A stretch of 64,000 nt of DNA from Myxococcota bacterium (GTDB lineage: Bacteria; Myxococcota_A; UBA9160; SZUA-336), in contig CBDFGR010000002.1 in NCBI GenBank assembly GCA_965247115.1, forward strand, positions 1,184,001-1,248,000. The letters run 5' to 3'. Positions 29,172 to 38,819 of this stretch are shown here, one piece after another. The notes beneath the pieces were generated by a model. It worked only from the letters and a program-made list of their open reading frames with translations. It was not told where the DNA came from and searched no databases. The translations under genes and the position numbers were made by a program. Each line of letters opens with the position of its first letter. The first letter of the stretch is position 1.

Positions 29172-29606
29172 CTAGAGGCTCCCGCCGATGTACTTGCGCA
29201 ACGACTCGATCTCCGCCTCGCGCTCTTCGAGCTCGACAAAGAGCAGATCCCGCATCGAGATCATGTCGATGATCGCCCCGTCCACGACCACCGGGAGGTG
29301 CCGGCAGCCGGCTCGCTGCATCTTGGCTACCGCGATCAGGCGGCTCTCTCCGGGCGAGGCCGTCACCGGATCGGGCGTCATGACCTCGCGGAGCGAGGTC
29401 TTGTCGAGCGAGCGCCCCTTTGCACAGACCCGCCGCAGCAGATCGCGCTCACTGAAGATGCCGACCAGGCGGTCTTGCTCGACGACGAGTACGGCGCCGA
29501 CCTCGCGCGAGGCCATCACCGAAACGGCAGCCTCGACAGTCTGATCCAGCGCGAACGTGTGCACCACGGGAGAGCGACGCTGGAGAATCTGGGCAAGCAA
29601 ACCCAT
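29172..29606 (-). CDS. CBS domain protein
   Basis: VGAVLV...LVGIFSERDL, VMT, RHLPVV, ISMRDL. Confidence 0.92.
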   Translation of the reverse strand: MGLLAQILQRRSPVVHTFALDQTVEAAVSVMASREVGAVLVVEQDRLVGIFSERDLLRRVCAKGRSLDKTSLREVMTPDPVTASPGESRLIAVAKMQRAGCRHLPVVVDGAIIDMISMRDLLFVELEEREAEIESLRKYIGGSL

Positions 29607-29757
29607 GCCTATTGCCTCCGGATTCCACTAGCTTGCTCCTCTTTCCTGTCCGCTTTCAACCGAAAAACGCGAGCTTTTGCTGCGCCGCGTGCTTGCGTCG
29701 GAAGTTGCCGCTAGGATCGGACCCGCCCTCGCCTCCCCCAGCCTCGAAAGAAACAGA

Positions 29758-31671
29758 ATGCGCGCCGTCGATGCTTCGCCGATCTCGGACAGCGAGATCG
29801 CAGGGGGACTGAGCAGACTGGGCCACGAGAGCTTCCGCGCGGGTCAGCGGGAGGCGGTCGAGACGCTGCTCGAACAAGGCAGGCTGTTGCACGTGGCTCC
29901 GACGGGTGGCGGCAAGAGCCTGGTCTACCAGCTGCCAGCCATCCTGCTAGAGGGAACCAGCCTGGTCATCTCCCCGCTGATCTCGCTCATGCACGATCAG
30001 GTCCGGGCTCTCACCGCGCGGGGCATTGCCGCGACCTTCCTGGCCTCGACGCTCGAGGCCTCCGAGATGCGTCAGCGTCTCAGGAAGGTGGCACGCGGCG
30101 AGTACAAGCTGGTCTACGTCGCACCGGAGCGGCTCGGCTTTCCTGGCTTCCGAGCTCTGGTCACAGATCTCGGCACCCCGCTCATCGCGGTGGACGAGGC
30201 GCATTGCATCAGCGAGTGGGGGCACGACTTCCGACCTGAGTACCTGCAGATCGGAGAGCTGGTGCGGGAGCATCCCGACGCGCGCGTGCTCGCCTGCACC
30301 GCGACCGCGACTCCCGTCGTCCGCGACGAGATCGTCGCGCGCCTGGAGCTCGGCAGCGCAACGCCACAGCTCGTGCAGGGCTTCGCGCGACCGAACCTCG
30401 GCCTGCGCGTGGCAGAGGTCGTGAGCAAGCGCGACCGCGAGCGGCGTGTCGATGCGCTGCTTGCGGAGGCGATCGGGCACCCGGGCTCGCAGCGGGGAAC
30501 CGCGATCATCTACGCGCCGACGCGCAAGTCATCGGAGCAGGAAGGCGCTCGGCTTCGCACTGCGGGCTGGCGGGCCGCCGTGTACCACGCGGGGCTCGGG
30601 GGGCAGGTCCGGAGCACCGTCCATCAGGCCTTCGCGAACGGGCAGCTCGAGATCGTGGTGGCTACCAACGCCTTTGGAATGGGGATCGACCGGCCCGACG
30701 TCCGCGGTGTGATCCACCTCGCACCCCCGAGCTCGCTCGAGGCCTACTACCAGGAGGTCGGGCGGGCCGGGCGTGACGGCGCCGACTCGCTGGGGCTGCT
30801 GCTGATCTCTCCGGGGGATCTGGGACTGCGGCGCAGCCTGATTGAACGCGGGAACCCCGATGGTCCGATCGACCCGCAGCTGGTAGAGCACAAGTGGCAG
30901 CTGTTCCTCGAGCTCATGCGCTGGGCCGAGGGAGGAAGCTGTCGCCACGACGCCGTGCTGCGCTACTTCGGCGACGAGGCCGAGACGCTGGATGGGTGCG
31001 GCCGTTGCGACACCTGTCAGACCCTGAACGAGGAGCCTCCCGATTCGGACCAGGTCTCCACCATGGTTCGAAAGGCCCTGAGTGCGGTGGCCCGGGTGAA
31101 CGGCCGCTTTGGACTCCAGCTGGCTGCAAAGCTGCTGCGCGGGGATGCGGACGAGCGTCTGAGCCGCACTCGCCTCGATCAGTCGACGACCTTTGGCTGT
31201 CTCTGCGAACACTCGTTCGACTGGTTGCTGCGTCTGTTGCGGCGCTGCATCACGGCCGGCTGGGTCGACTTGAGCGGGGGCACACGACCGGTCGTCGCGC
31301 TCAGCGACTCGGGACGCTCGGTCATGCGCGGCGATCAGCCCGCCCGCATGCTCCTTCCCTCCACGTCGCCACCCAGCCCACCCCCCGCATCCGATACACC
31401 CAGGAAGAGGCGCCAGGCAAGACCGGACACGGAGAGGCTCGACCAGGCAGGGGCGCTGCTCTTCGAGGCGCTGCGACGCTACAGGCTCGAGCTCTCACGC
31501 GCCCAGGGAGTCCCGCCGTACGTCATCGCCAGCGACCGGGCGCTGCGCGAGCTCGCGCAGCTACGGCCCTCGACTCTGGCCGAGCTTCAGCTGGCGCACG
31601 GGATAGGTCCGGCGAAGGCAAAGAAGTATGGCCACGACCTGCTCAGGGTCGTCGCCGCGCAGCCGGGTTGA
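29758..31671 (+). CDS. recQ: RecQ family DNA helicase
   Basis: PTGGGKSLVYQ, DEAHCISEWGHDFRP, QEVGRAGRDG, Zn-binding CR...CGRCDTC, RQC and HRDC domains. Confidence 0.95.
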   Translation: MRAVDASPISDSEIAGGLSRLGHESFRAGQREAVETLLEQGRLLHVAPTGGGKSLVYQLPAILLEGTSLVISPLISLMHDQVRALTARGIAATFLASTLEASEMRQRLRKVARGEYKLVYVAPERLGFPGFRALVTDLGTPLIAVDEAHCISEWGHDFRPEYLQIGELVREHPDARVLACTATATPVVRDEIVARLELGSATPQLVQGFARPNLGLRVAEVVSKRDRERRVDALLAEAIGHPGSQRGTAIIYAPTRKSSEQEGARLRTAGWRAAVYHAGLGGQVRSTVHQAFANGQLEIVVATNAFGMGIDRPDVRGVIHLAPPSSLEAYYQEVGRAGRDGADSLGLLLISPGDLGLRRSLIERGNPDGPIDPQLVEHKWQLFLELMRWAEGGSCRHDAVLRYFGDEAETLDGCGRCDTCQTLNEEPPDSDQVSTMVRKALSAVARVNGRFGLQLAAKLLRGDADERLSRTRLDQSTTFGCLCEHSFDWLLRLLRRCITAGWVDLSGGTRPVVALSDSGRSVMRGDQPARMLLPSTSPPSPPPASDTPRKRRQARPDTERLDQAGALLFEALRRYRLELSRAQGVPPYVIASDRALRELAQLRPSTLAELQLAHGIGPAKAKKYGHDLLRVVAAQPG

Positions 31672-32800
31672 CGGACTCGCTCCTGCGCACGTCCAGGATG
31701 GCGGCGCGCAGCTGACCGATCTCGCTCGCTTCGAGCAACGGGACCAGCGGAGCCAGGCTGCGCTCGTCGAGGGCGCTCGGAGCCACAGGCGCAGCTAGCG
31801 CCAGAGACTCCACAATGCGCTGGCCGAGCACGAGCAGTGCCGGGCGCAGCTCGCGTTCCAGATCGAGCGGCTCGACTGCCTTCGCGCGTACCTGGACCGC
31901 CCTGGCGAGCTCGATCTGGAGCTCGAAGAGCCGCAGCGCGGCACCGGGCTCGAGTCCGACGGCCCGTACCTGCTCTGCGACGCTGGCCAGCACGAGCTCT
32001 TCGCGAGCTGGATCGGCGATCGGGCGGTCGTTGTGTCGTTTCCACGCCGCGACCGCAGGCATGAGGGCGAGGCGTCGCGCGATCAGGTCGATCAGGTGGC
32101 CCGCTTCCGTACGCCCGCGGGCGGCACCGAGGTGCTGCGCGCGCAGCAGCTCGAGTTCCGGCTCGCGCTCGCGGAGGAAACGATCGAGTGCGGGTCCCAG
32201 CGTCGCCGCAGCGGCCGGCGCGAGCCAGTAGACCTTGCGGTCCAGGGGCGGCTCGCATCGCTCGGTGAAGCCGGGGCGACGGAAGTGCGTGAGCTCGAAG
32301 CTGTCCGTCACGATGGCATCCACATCGCGGCTCTCGAGCCGCCCGGGCAGCGAGAGGTTGTCAGAAACCGCGTCGATCTCGGCTTCGGGGAAACGCTGTC
32401 GTGCCCAACGCTCCAGGACCCCACCCCGATTCACGGCCAGGCGGCCCGGCTTCGGATCACCGAGTACGCACGGTCCACCGCTGGCGACCGCCAAACTCAT
32501 GCGCCCCACGATGGCCCGCTCGGGTCGCCACGTGACACCGCTCATGGCGACATCGAAGCGATTCGCACGCAGGTCACGAGCCAGCTCCGGCCAGCGAAAG
32601 CGCCGCCACTCGATGCGCATTCCCAGCTCCGCAGACAGGAGTTCTGCCACCTCGATGTCGAAGCCTTTACCTTCGAGCGAGAAGGGCGCGTAGTCGCCGC
32701 TCGTCCCGATCCGCAGTACATCGGAGTCCAACGGACAGCTGACGAGACACGCGGCTGCAAGCAGCATGCGCGCGGCAGGACGAGTGAGGAACGGGCGCAC
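31643..32800 (-). CDS. Cyclohexadienyl dehydratase-like binding domain fused to a secreted chorismate mutase (AroQ-gamma)
   Basis: LRIGTSGDYAPFS, FDVAMSGVT and VNRGG in the N-terminal half; LIARRLALMPAVAAWK...PIADPAREELVL...QIELARAVQ in the C-terminal half. Confidence 0.8.
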   Translation of the reverse strand: MRPFLTRPAARMLLAAACLVSCPLDSDVLRIGTSGDYAPFSLEGKGFDIEVAELLSAELGMRIEWRRFRWPELARDLRANRFDVAMSGVTWRPERAIVGRMSLAVASGGPCVLGDPKPGRLAVNRGGVLERWARQRFPEAEIDAVSDNLSLPGRLESRDVDAIVTDSFELTHFRRPGFTERCEPPLDRKVYWLAPAAAATLGPALDRFLREREPELELLRAQHLGAARGRTEAGHLIDLIARRLALMPAVAAWKRHNDRPIADPAREELVLASVAEQVRAVGLEPGAALRLFELQIELARAVQVRAKAVEPLDLERELRPALLVLGQRIVESLALAAPVAPSALDERSLAPLVPLLEASEIGQLRAAILDVRRSESVNPAARRRP

Positions 32801-32812
32801 TGGAGCCAGGCG

Positions 32813-33373
32813 CTAGCGTCCGGTCCGAGTGCGCTCGTGCAGGTCGAACCAGAACAGCGCCGCGATCACCAGTGCGTGGTGGATCTGTCCCTCCGCGAGC
32901 AGCCGAGGGAGCTCCGAGCGCGGAACGAGCTTCACCGCGGTCTCTTCGGTGCCGGCATTCGTGATGCTGCCCACGAGGCGCGCGTCACGAGCCACGAACG
33001 AGTGGACGCGGTTTCCGAACAACGCAGGATTGGGATTCACGAAGCCGATGGGCTCGGCCGTATCCGCTGCGTAGCCCGTCTCCTCGCGCAGCTCGCGCAG
33101 CGCCGCGTCGAGGGGATCCTCCCCCGGATCGACCATGCCGCCAGGGACCTCCAGCGTGAGCTCGCGCGAGCCGTGGCGAAACTGATGGATCATCACAATC
33201 TCGTCGCGGGCGGTGAGCGGGACGATGTTCACCCAGTCTTCCGCGTCGATCCGGTAGAAGCTGTGCTCGCGGCCGGTGCGTGGAGAGCGGGCCAGCGTGC
33301 GTGCCACCCGGAACACGCGACAGTCCTGCAGGTCCTCGGTCTCGAGCAGCTCCCACGGTCGGGGCAGGCTCAT
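32813..33373 (-). CDS. NUDIX hydrolase (ADP-ribose pyrophosphatase-like)
   Basis: EVPGGMVDPGEDPLDAALRELREETGY Nudix box. Confidence 0.93.
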   Translation of the reverse strand: MSLPRPWELLETEDLQDCRVFRVARTLARSPRTGREHSFYRIDAEDWVNIVPLTARDEIVMIHQFRHGSRELTLEVPGGMVDPGEDPLDAALRELREETGYAADTAEPIGFVNPNPALFGNRVHSFVARDARLVGSITNAGTEETAVKLVPRSELPRLLAEGQIHHALVIAALFWFDLHERTRTGR

Positions 33374-33495
33374 CGCTCCCCCACGTCCCCACCGCACACA
33401 CCGGCACGTGTCACGATCCGGTCGTCCTCGACCATGGCGTTGTGGCCTGCTCTGGCACTCCCGATCTCCCTGGCCAACTATACACTCCGCCTCCC

Positions 33496-33534
33496 TGCTC
33501 AGGCGTTGGGCAGCTCTTGCCCAGCCCGTGAGCA
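33496..33534. promoter_or_regulatory. Two TGC-N11-GCA NtrC-like enhancer sites
   Basis: TGCTCAGGCGTTGGGCA (33496-33512) and TGCCCAGCCCGTGAGCA (33518-33534), 22 bp apart and mutually inverted. Confidence 0.6.
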
Positions 33535-33572
33535 GGCGCCCCGCTGGACAGAGTGGAGGCGCCGTCTGCCGT

Positions 33573-33588
33573 CGGTACACGTCTTGCT
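33573..33588 (+). promoter_or_regulatory. Sigma54 -24/-12 promoter of amtB
   Basis: CGGTAC-ACGTC-TTGCT with exact GG-N10-GC spacing. Confidence 0.65.
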
Positions 33589-33635
33589 CTCGGCTCGCAC
33601 GGGACCACTCATCGCAGGTGGTAGAGGAGGGAACC

Positions 33636-35021
33636 GTGCGCACCAAGCTCCATCTCGTAGTAGGCGGCTTCACAGCGCTCGCCATCGCTCTTTCCGCCGG
33701 CTTCGCGCTCGGCCAGGAGGGCGATCTCGCCGACATGAGCGGCTTGAACAGCGGCGACGTCGCCTGGATCCTCACCAGCTCCGCGATCGTCCTCATGATG
33801 ACGATTCCCGGCCTGGCCCTCTTCTACGGCGGGCTCGTCCGAGGCAAGAACGTGCTCTCCATCTTCATGCAGTGCTTCGTGACAGCTGCGGTCGTGAGCG
33901 TGACCTGGGTGCTGTGGGGCTACTCGATCGCCTTCGGTCCAGACGTCGGCGGGATCGCCGGGGACCTCAGCCGCTGGGCCCTGAGCGGCGTCAGCCACGT
34001 GGCCGGGCCCGACGAGAACATCCCCGAGCAGGCATTCATGGTGTTCCAACTGATGTTCGCCATCATCACGCCCGCGCTGATCGTAGGGGCCGTCGCAGAG
34101 CGCATGAAGTTCTCCGCCTTCCTGCTCTTCGTGGTGCTCTGGTCCACGTTCATCTACTCGCCCCTGGCCCACTGGGTCTGGGGTGACGGCGGCTGGCTCG
34201 CCGCGCTCGGCGCCCTCGACTTTGCGGGCGGCACCGTCGTTCACATCTCCTCCGGGACGTCGGCTCTCGTCGCAGCCATCATGCTGGGGCGGCGGCGCGG
34301 CTACGGGCGGGAGCCCATGCCCCCCCACAGCGTTCCCTTCGTGGTCATCGGAGCGGCGCTGCTCTGGGTGGGCTGGTTCGGATTCAACGCCGGAAGCGCT
34401 CTCGCGGCCGACGGAATCGCGACCATCGCCTTCGTGAACACGAACACCGCCACGGGCGCCGCGGTGCTCGGCTGGATGTTCAGCGAGTGGATCGGAAGGG
34501 GGTCTCCCACGGCGGTAGGAGCGGCATCGGGTGCCGTCGCCGGACTGGTCGCGATCACTCCCGCTGCGGGCTTCGTCACGCCCGGCGCGGCGATCATCAT
34601 CGGCGCGGTCGCTGGGTTCCTCTGCTACAACGCCTGCAACTTGAAGAGTCGGCTCGGCTACGACGACGCGCTCGACGTGGTCGGAGTCCACGGTGTTGGC
34701 GGGACCTGGGGCGCGATCGCGACCGGCCTCTTCGCCGCCGAGGCGATCGGCGGAACGTCGGGCCTGCTCGAGGGCAACGGGGGCCAGGTGGTCACGCAGC
34801 TGATCGCGGTCTTTGCAACCTACGCATTTTGCGGCGTTGGCACCTTCGTGATCCTTGGCATCGTGCGCTACACCGTGGGACTCCGCGTCCACGAGGAAGA
34901 CGAAGAGATGGGCCTCGACCTCTCCATTCACTCCGAGGCCGCCTACTCCACCATGTCGGGCGGCTCCTCCTTCGGAGAGCCGACCAGCTCGATCCAGAGC
35001 AGCGGAGCCGACGCGTCCTGA
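33636..35021 (+). CDS. amtB: Ammonium transporter
   Basis: PGLALFYGG, FQLMFAIIT, DFAGGTVVH, LWVGWFGFNAGS, DDALDVVGVHG. Confidence 0.97.
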   Translation: MRTKLHLVVGGFTALAIALSAGFALGQEGDLADMSGLNSGDVAWILTSSAIVLMMTIPGLALFYGGLVRGKNVLSIFMQCFVTAAVVSVTWVLWGYSIAFGPDVGGIAGDLSRWALSGVSHVAGPDENIPEQAFMVFQLMFAIITPALIVGAVAERMKFSAFLLFVVLWSTFIYSPLAHWVWGDGGWLAALGALDFAGGTVVHISSGTSALVAAIMLGRRRGYGREPMPPHSVPFVVIGAALLWVGWFGFNAGSALAADGIATIAFVNTNTATGAAVLGWMFSEWIGRGSPTAVGAASGAVAGLVAITPAAGFVTPGAAIIIGAVAGFLCYNACNLKSRLGYDDALDVVGVHGVGGTWGAIATGLFAAEAIGGTSGLLEGNGGQVVTQLIAVFATYAFCGVGTFVILGIVRYTVGLRVHEEDEEMGLDLSIHSEAAYSTMSGGSSFGEPTSSIQSSGADAS

Positions 35022-35025
35022 GGCC

Positions 35026-35412
35026 ATGGGGTTCCTTGGCATCGAGGAGATCTTTCTGCAGGTGAAAGACCTGGAGAAGGCGGTCGACTTCTACCACCAC
35101 AAGCTCGGCATCCCGCTCGACCGGCGCGACGAGGAGCGCGCCTACCTCCAGTGCGAGAGGGGTCACGTCGTGCTGCAGGTCGAGAATCACACGGGCCGAC
35201 ACCGGGGAGGCGGCCCCATGCACTTCGCCTTCACGGTCACGGAGGACACCTTCGACGTGGTTGCCGCGCGCTTCGTACCCTCCGAGTTCCGGACGCGGGG
35301 GCCGATGGAGCGTCAGGCGCCAGGGCGAGGCCGCGCACTCTTCATCTTCGACGCGGACGGCAACGAGACCGAGGTCAACACCCGCTACCTCTACGACGCC
35401 CCTCTGCGCTGA
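35026..35412 (+). CDS. VOC/glyoxalase family protein
   Basis: VKDLEKAVDFY...LG, HFAFTV, FDADGNETE. Confidence 0.88.
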   Translation: MGFLGIEEIFLQVKDLEKAVDFYHHKLGIPLDRRDEERAYLQCERGHVVLQVENHTGRHRGGGPMHFAFTVTEDTFDVVAARFVPSEFRTRGPMERQAPGRGRALFIFDADGNETEVNTRYLYDAPLR

Positions 35413-35501
35413 TTCCGCGCGGAGGTCGGTTCACGCTGCCTGGCCGACAGTCCGGGGCTGGTCCTGGCAACATTGATCATGTCCTCTAGGGGTGGTACTC
35501 C

Positions 35502-35867
35502 ATGTTCTTGAGGATGCGACACCGGATCGTTGCTATGGGCGTGGCGCTCGGATTGCTAGCCGCACCCTTGATAGGGGCAGGTGGCCCGGAGTCCATGCCG
35601 TGTTGCCGTGACGCTGAGGCATCGGCGCCGTGCCCTTCGGAAGACGGGCCATGCCCCTCGATGATCCCGATGCCGTGTTGCGAAGCGGCTCCAGTCGCCC
35701 CGATGTCCGGCTTTTCGAGATCGCTAGCCGGACAACCGATTCACGTGGTTGTGAGCTTTGAGCCACTCGAGGCTGCTCAGCCCAAGGCCCCCATGTACGC
35801 GGCCCGTGCGACGGAGCTCGCCGCACGCGCGTCGCCAATGCGCCTCTCGGTCGTCCTGAGAGTCTAG
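35502..35867 (+). CDS. Small exported Cys/Met-rich protein upstream of the Cus operon
   Basis: Signal-like N-terminus, MPCC...PC...PC...MPCC, C-terminal RLSVVLRV. Confidence 0.65.
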   Translation: MFLRMRHRIVAMGVALGLLAAPLIGAGGPESMPCCRDAEASAPCPSEDGPCPSMIPMPCCEAAPVAPMSGFSRSLAGQPIHVVVSFEPLEAAQPKAPMYAARATELAARASPMRLSVVLRV

Positions 35868-35943
35868 GCGCTCGCTCTCGCAAGGAACGTGTAGCTCGCC
35901 GCAGGGGCGAGCTCGGATTCAGCGATGAGCGAGGACGTCTCAC

Positions 35944-37344
35944 ATGCATGCGGAGAATTCTTCTTCCGCAGCTTCGAGGCGTGGCGTGCAGGCGGCTACC
36001 AGCTTCGGGCTGGTGCTCACCCTGCTCACTGCGCCCGGCTGCGCGGGGACCCAGATCCATCACTACCAGAGCCTGAAGAGCGCATGGGATCGCGCCGAGA
36101 TCGCCGCCGACCGCGGAGCTCCTGCGGACGATCCCCTTGACCAGACCTCCGAGCTCGAGCGTGAAGCCCTGGTTCGCCTGGTGCTCGAGCGCAACCCGAA
36201 TATCCGAGCCGCACGCTATGCCTGGCGGGCGGCACTCGAGCGCTATCCTCAGGTGACGTCGCTCGACGACCCGATGCTCGGGATTGGCGCGGCACCTCGC
36301 TCGTTCGGATCGAGCGCAGTCGACAGCGCGCCCAAGTACGATCTAAGCCAAAGGCTTCCCTTCCCCGGAAAGCTTGCACTCCGCGGCGAGGTGGTCCTCG
36401 CCGAGGCCGAAGCAGCGGCGCAGCACCATGACTCTGTGCGCCTGCGCCTTGCGACCATGGCCTCGCTCCTGTTTGACGACTACTACCTGGTCACTCGCTC
36501 TCTCGAGATCAACGCCGAGAACGTCGCCCTCCTCGGTGAATTCCAGCGCATCGCCACCGCGCGCTACGAAGTGGGAGAAGCCTCGCAGCAGGATCCGATC
36601 CAGGCGGAGGTGGAGCTCGCGCACAGCCTCCATCGGGATGTGGTACTCGAGACGCGGCGCAAGGTTGTCTCCGAGCAGCTGAACGCACTCCTTCACCGAC
36701 GAGGAGACCGGCCGCTCCCACCTCCGCCTCGCAGGCTCAACGTCCCCGAGCCACAGTCATTTGACGCACCACTCCTTGTGACCGACGCGCTTCGAGAGCG
36801 GCCGGAGCTGCGCGCCGCAGAGGCGCGTGTTCGTGCCAGCGAGGCCACGGTGGGTGTAGCGCGACGTGAGTTCTTCCCCGACCTAACCCTCGCAGGCTCC
36901 TACAACAAGCTCTGGCAGGAGAGCGACCTCCGACCCTTCGTTGGGATCACGATCAATGTCCCGCTCCGAGTCGAGCGACGACGCGCTGCGCTCGAGGAAG
37001 CCAAGGCCCGGCTGGAGCGAGCGCGGAGCGAGCGAACGGCGCTGGAGGACGACGTGCGCTTCGGTGTACAGGCCGGCGTCGACCGACTCAGCGAAGCCCG
37101 CCACGTGATGCGACTCTTCGAAGATCGACTCGTTCCCGCCGCGCGCGATCAGGTCGAGGCCGCACGCTCCGGATTCGAGGCCGGCCGCAACAGTTTCCTC
37201 GCGTTGATCGATGCACAACGAAGCTTCCTCAACGCGGAGCTTGGCCTCGAGGAGGCGCGTACCGATCTGACCCGCCGTCGGGCTGAACTCGACCGTTCGT
37301 TGGGTCGAGTACCCAGCCTCACATGGGAAGGGACAACGCCATGA
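35944..37344 (+). CDS. TolC family outer-membrane efflux protein (CusC-like)
   Basis: ERNPNIRAA, SQRLPFPGKL, ARYEVG, FFPDLTL, NSFLALIDAQR. Confidence 0.9.
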   Translation: MHAENSSSAASRRGVQAATSFGLVLTLLTAPGCAGTQIHHYQSLKSAWDRAEIAADRGAPADDPLDQTSELEREALVRLVLERNPNIRAARYAWRAALERYPQVTSLDDPMLGIGAAPRSFGSSAVDSAPKYDLSQRLPFPGKLALRGEVVLAEAEAAAQHHDSVRLRLATMASLLFDDYYLVTRSLEINAENVALLGEFQRIATARYEVGEASQQDPIQAEVELAHSLHRDVVLETRRKVVSEQLNALLHRRGDRPLPPPPRRLNVPEPQSFDAPLLVTDALRERPELRAAEARVRASEATVGVARREFFPDLTLAGSYNKLWQESDLRPFVGITINVPLRVERRRAALEEAKARLERARSERTALEDDVRFGVQAGVDRLSEARHVMRLFEDRLVPAARDQVEAARSGFEAGRNSFLALIDAQRSFLNAELGLEEARTDLTRRRAELDRSLGRVPSLTWEGTTP

Positions 37345-38819
37345 CGAGTCTTTCCAGGACCGTTGCGCTGCTCACATGCACAGCCCTCGCCGTGGGGTGC
37401 GGCGGTTCGCGATCGCAGCCCGTCACGGTTCGCTCGGAAGGCGTCAGGATCGAGGTCGCAGTCGACCCCGCAAGGCTTCGCGTGGGCGAGAACTCGCTGT
37501 GGATCGACCTCCAAGACGCGCAGGGCTCGCCGCTCACAGGCGCCGATCTCGACGTGCGCGTGCACATGCACGCCATGGGGGCCATGCCTGCAATGGGCGG
37601 ACCCGCCGCGGTGGCCGAGGTCGGCGAGGGCCTCTATCGCGCCAACTTCGAGCTCGACATGGGAACCACGTGGCTTGTCGAGATCGCAGCGCAGATGCCC
37701 GGAGGGCCGGTTGCGCGGGCCGAGGGGTCCGTCACCGTCGGGACGGCTGGCGTGCGGCTGGAAGGCACCTCCATGCCCACGCCCGAGCAGACCACGCTCG
37801 CGGCGAATGATACGGACGCTCGCTCGCGGGCCGAGTTCCGGATCGACCCCGGCCGCCTGCAACGCATCGGGGTGCGCACTGCCCTCGTGGAGCGAAGGGC
37901 GCTCGATACGCACGTGCGTGCGGTCGGGCGGGTCGTGGCCGAGGAGACGACACTCGAAGACGTCGCGCTCAAGGTCCGGGGCTGGGTCGGCGAGGTGCGA
38001 ATCGACGCGGTAGGCGATCCCGTAGAGAGGGGCGAGGTTCTCTTCACCGTCTACAGCCCTGAGCTTTACGCCGCCCAGGAAGAGTACCTACAGGCGCTCC
38101 GCAGCCAGGAACGCGCGCGGGGAACGACAGCTCCGGACAGGTCCGACTACCTCGTTCGCGCCGCGCGCAACCGCCTGCGCCTGTGGGACATCGCTGCATC
38201 CGATCTCGAACAGATCGAGCGAGATGGCGAGGCGCTCCAGCATCTCCCGATCCGCGCACCCGTGAGTGGCTACGTCGTCGAGAAGAACGTGTCCCGTGGC
38301 AGCGCATTCGAGCCGGGGACGCGCCTCTACCGGATCGCACCCCTCTCGCGCGTCTGGGTCGAGGCCGACATCTACGAGTTCGAGCTCTCCTCGGTCCGGA
38401 CCGGCCAGCGCGCCACAGTCACGCTCCCCTACCTGGCCGATCGCTCCTTCGAGGCGACGGTCGCCTACGTCTATCCAACCCTCAATCCAAAGACGCGAAC
38501 CGCGCGCGTCCGGCTCGAGCTCCCCAATCCGGATCTCGAGCTGCGCCCGGCCATGTACGCGAACGTGCACCTGCACGTCGAGCGAGGCGACCGGCTCGTC
38601 GTACCTCAGTCAGCAGTACTCTACGCGGGCGAACGGAGCTTCGTCTTCCTGTCACTTGGTGACGGCCACTTCCGGCCGCAGGAGATTGCGGTCGGCACGC
38701 GGAGCGGCGAGCAGGTCGAAGTGCTCTCGGGCGTCGAAAACGGCGACCGAATCGTAACCTCGGGGACCTTCCTGATCGCCTCCGAGAGCCGCTTGCGAGC
38801 GGCCATGGAGCAGTGGTGA
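37341..38819 (+). CDS. RND periplasmic adaptor (CusB-like) with an N-terminal YtkA/FixH-like domain
   Basis: AVGC lipobox, HMHAMGAMPAM, YSPELYAAQEEYL, LRPAMY, SGTFLIASES. Confidence 0.9.
   Translation: MTSLSRTVALLTCTALAVGCGGSRSQPVTVRSEGVRIEVAVDPARLRVGENSLWIDLQDAQGSPLTGADLDVRVHMHAMGAMPAMGGPAAVAEVGEGLYRANFELDMGTTWLVEIAAQMPGGPVARAEGSVTVGTAGVRLEGTSMPTPEQTTLAANDTDARSRAEFRIDPGRLQRIGVRTALVERRALDTHVRAVGRVVAEETTLEDVALKVRGWVGEVRIDAVGDPVERGEVLFTVYSPELYAAQEEYLQALRSQERARGTTAPDRSDYLVRAARNRLRLWDIAASDLEQIERDGEALQHLPIRAPVSGYVVEKNVSRGSAFEPGTRLYRIAPLSRVWVEADIYEFELSSVRTGQRATVTLPYLADRSFEATVAYVYPTLNPKTRTARVRLELPNPDLELRPAMYANVHLHVERGDRLVVPQSAVLYAGERSFVFLSLGDGHFRPQEIAVGTRSGEQVEVLSGVENGDRIVTSGTFLIASESRLRAAMEQW

Noticed and set aside
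32033..34186. Long ORFs such as 32033..34186(+), 27396..29123(+), 283..1089(+) and 59353..60591(-)
   Set aside because: Antisense or off-frame shadows of well-supported genes, typical of high-GC DNA.
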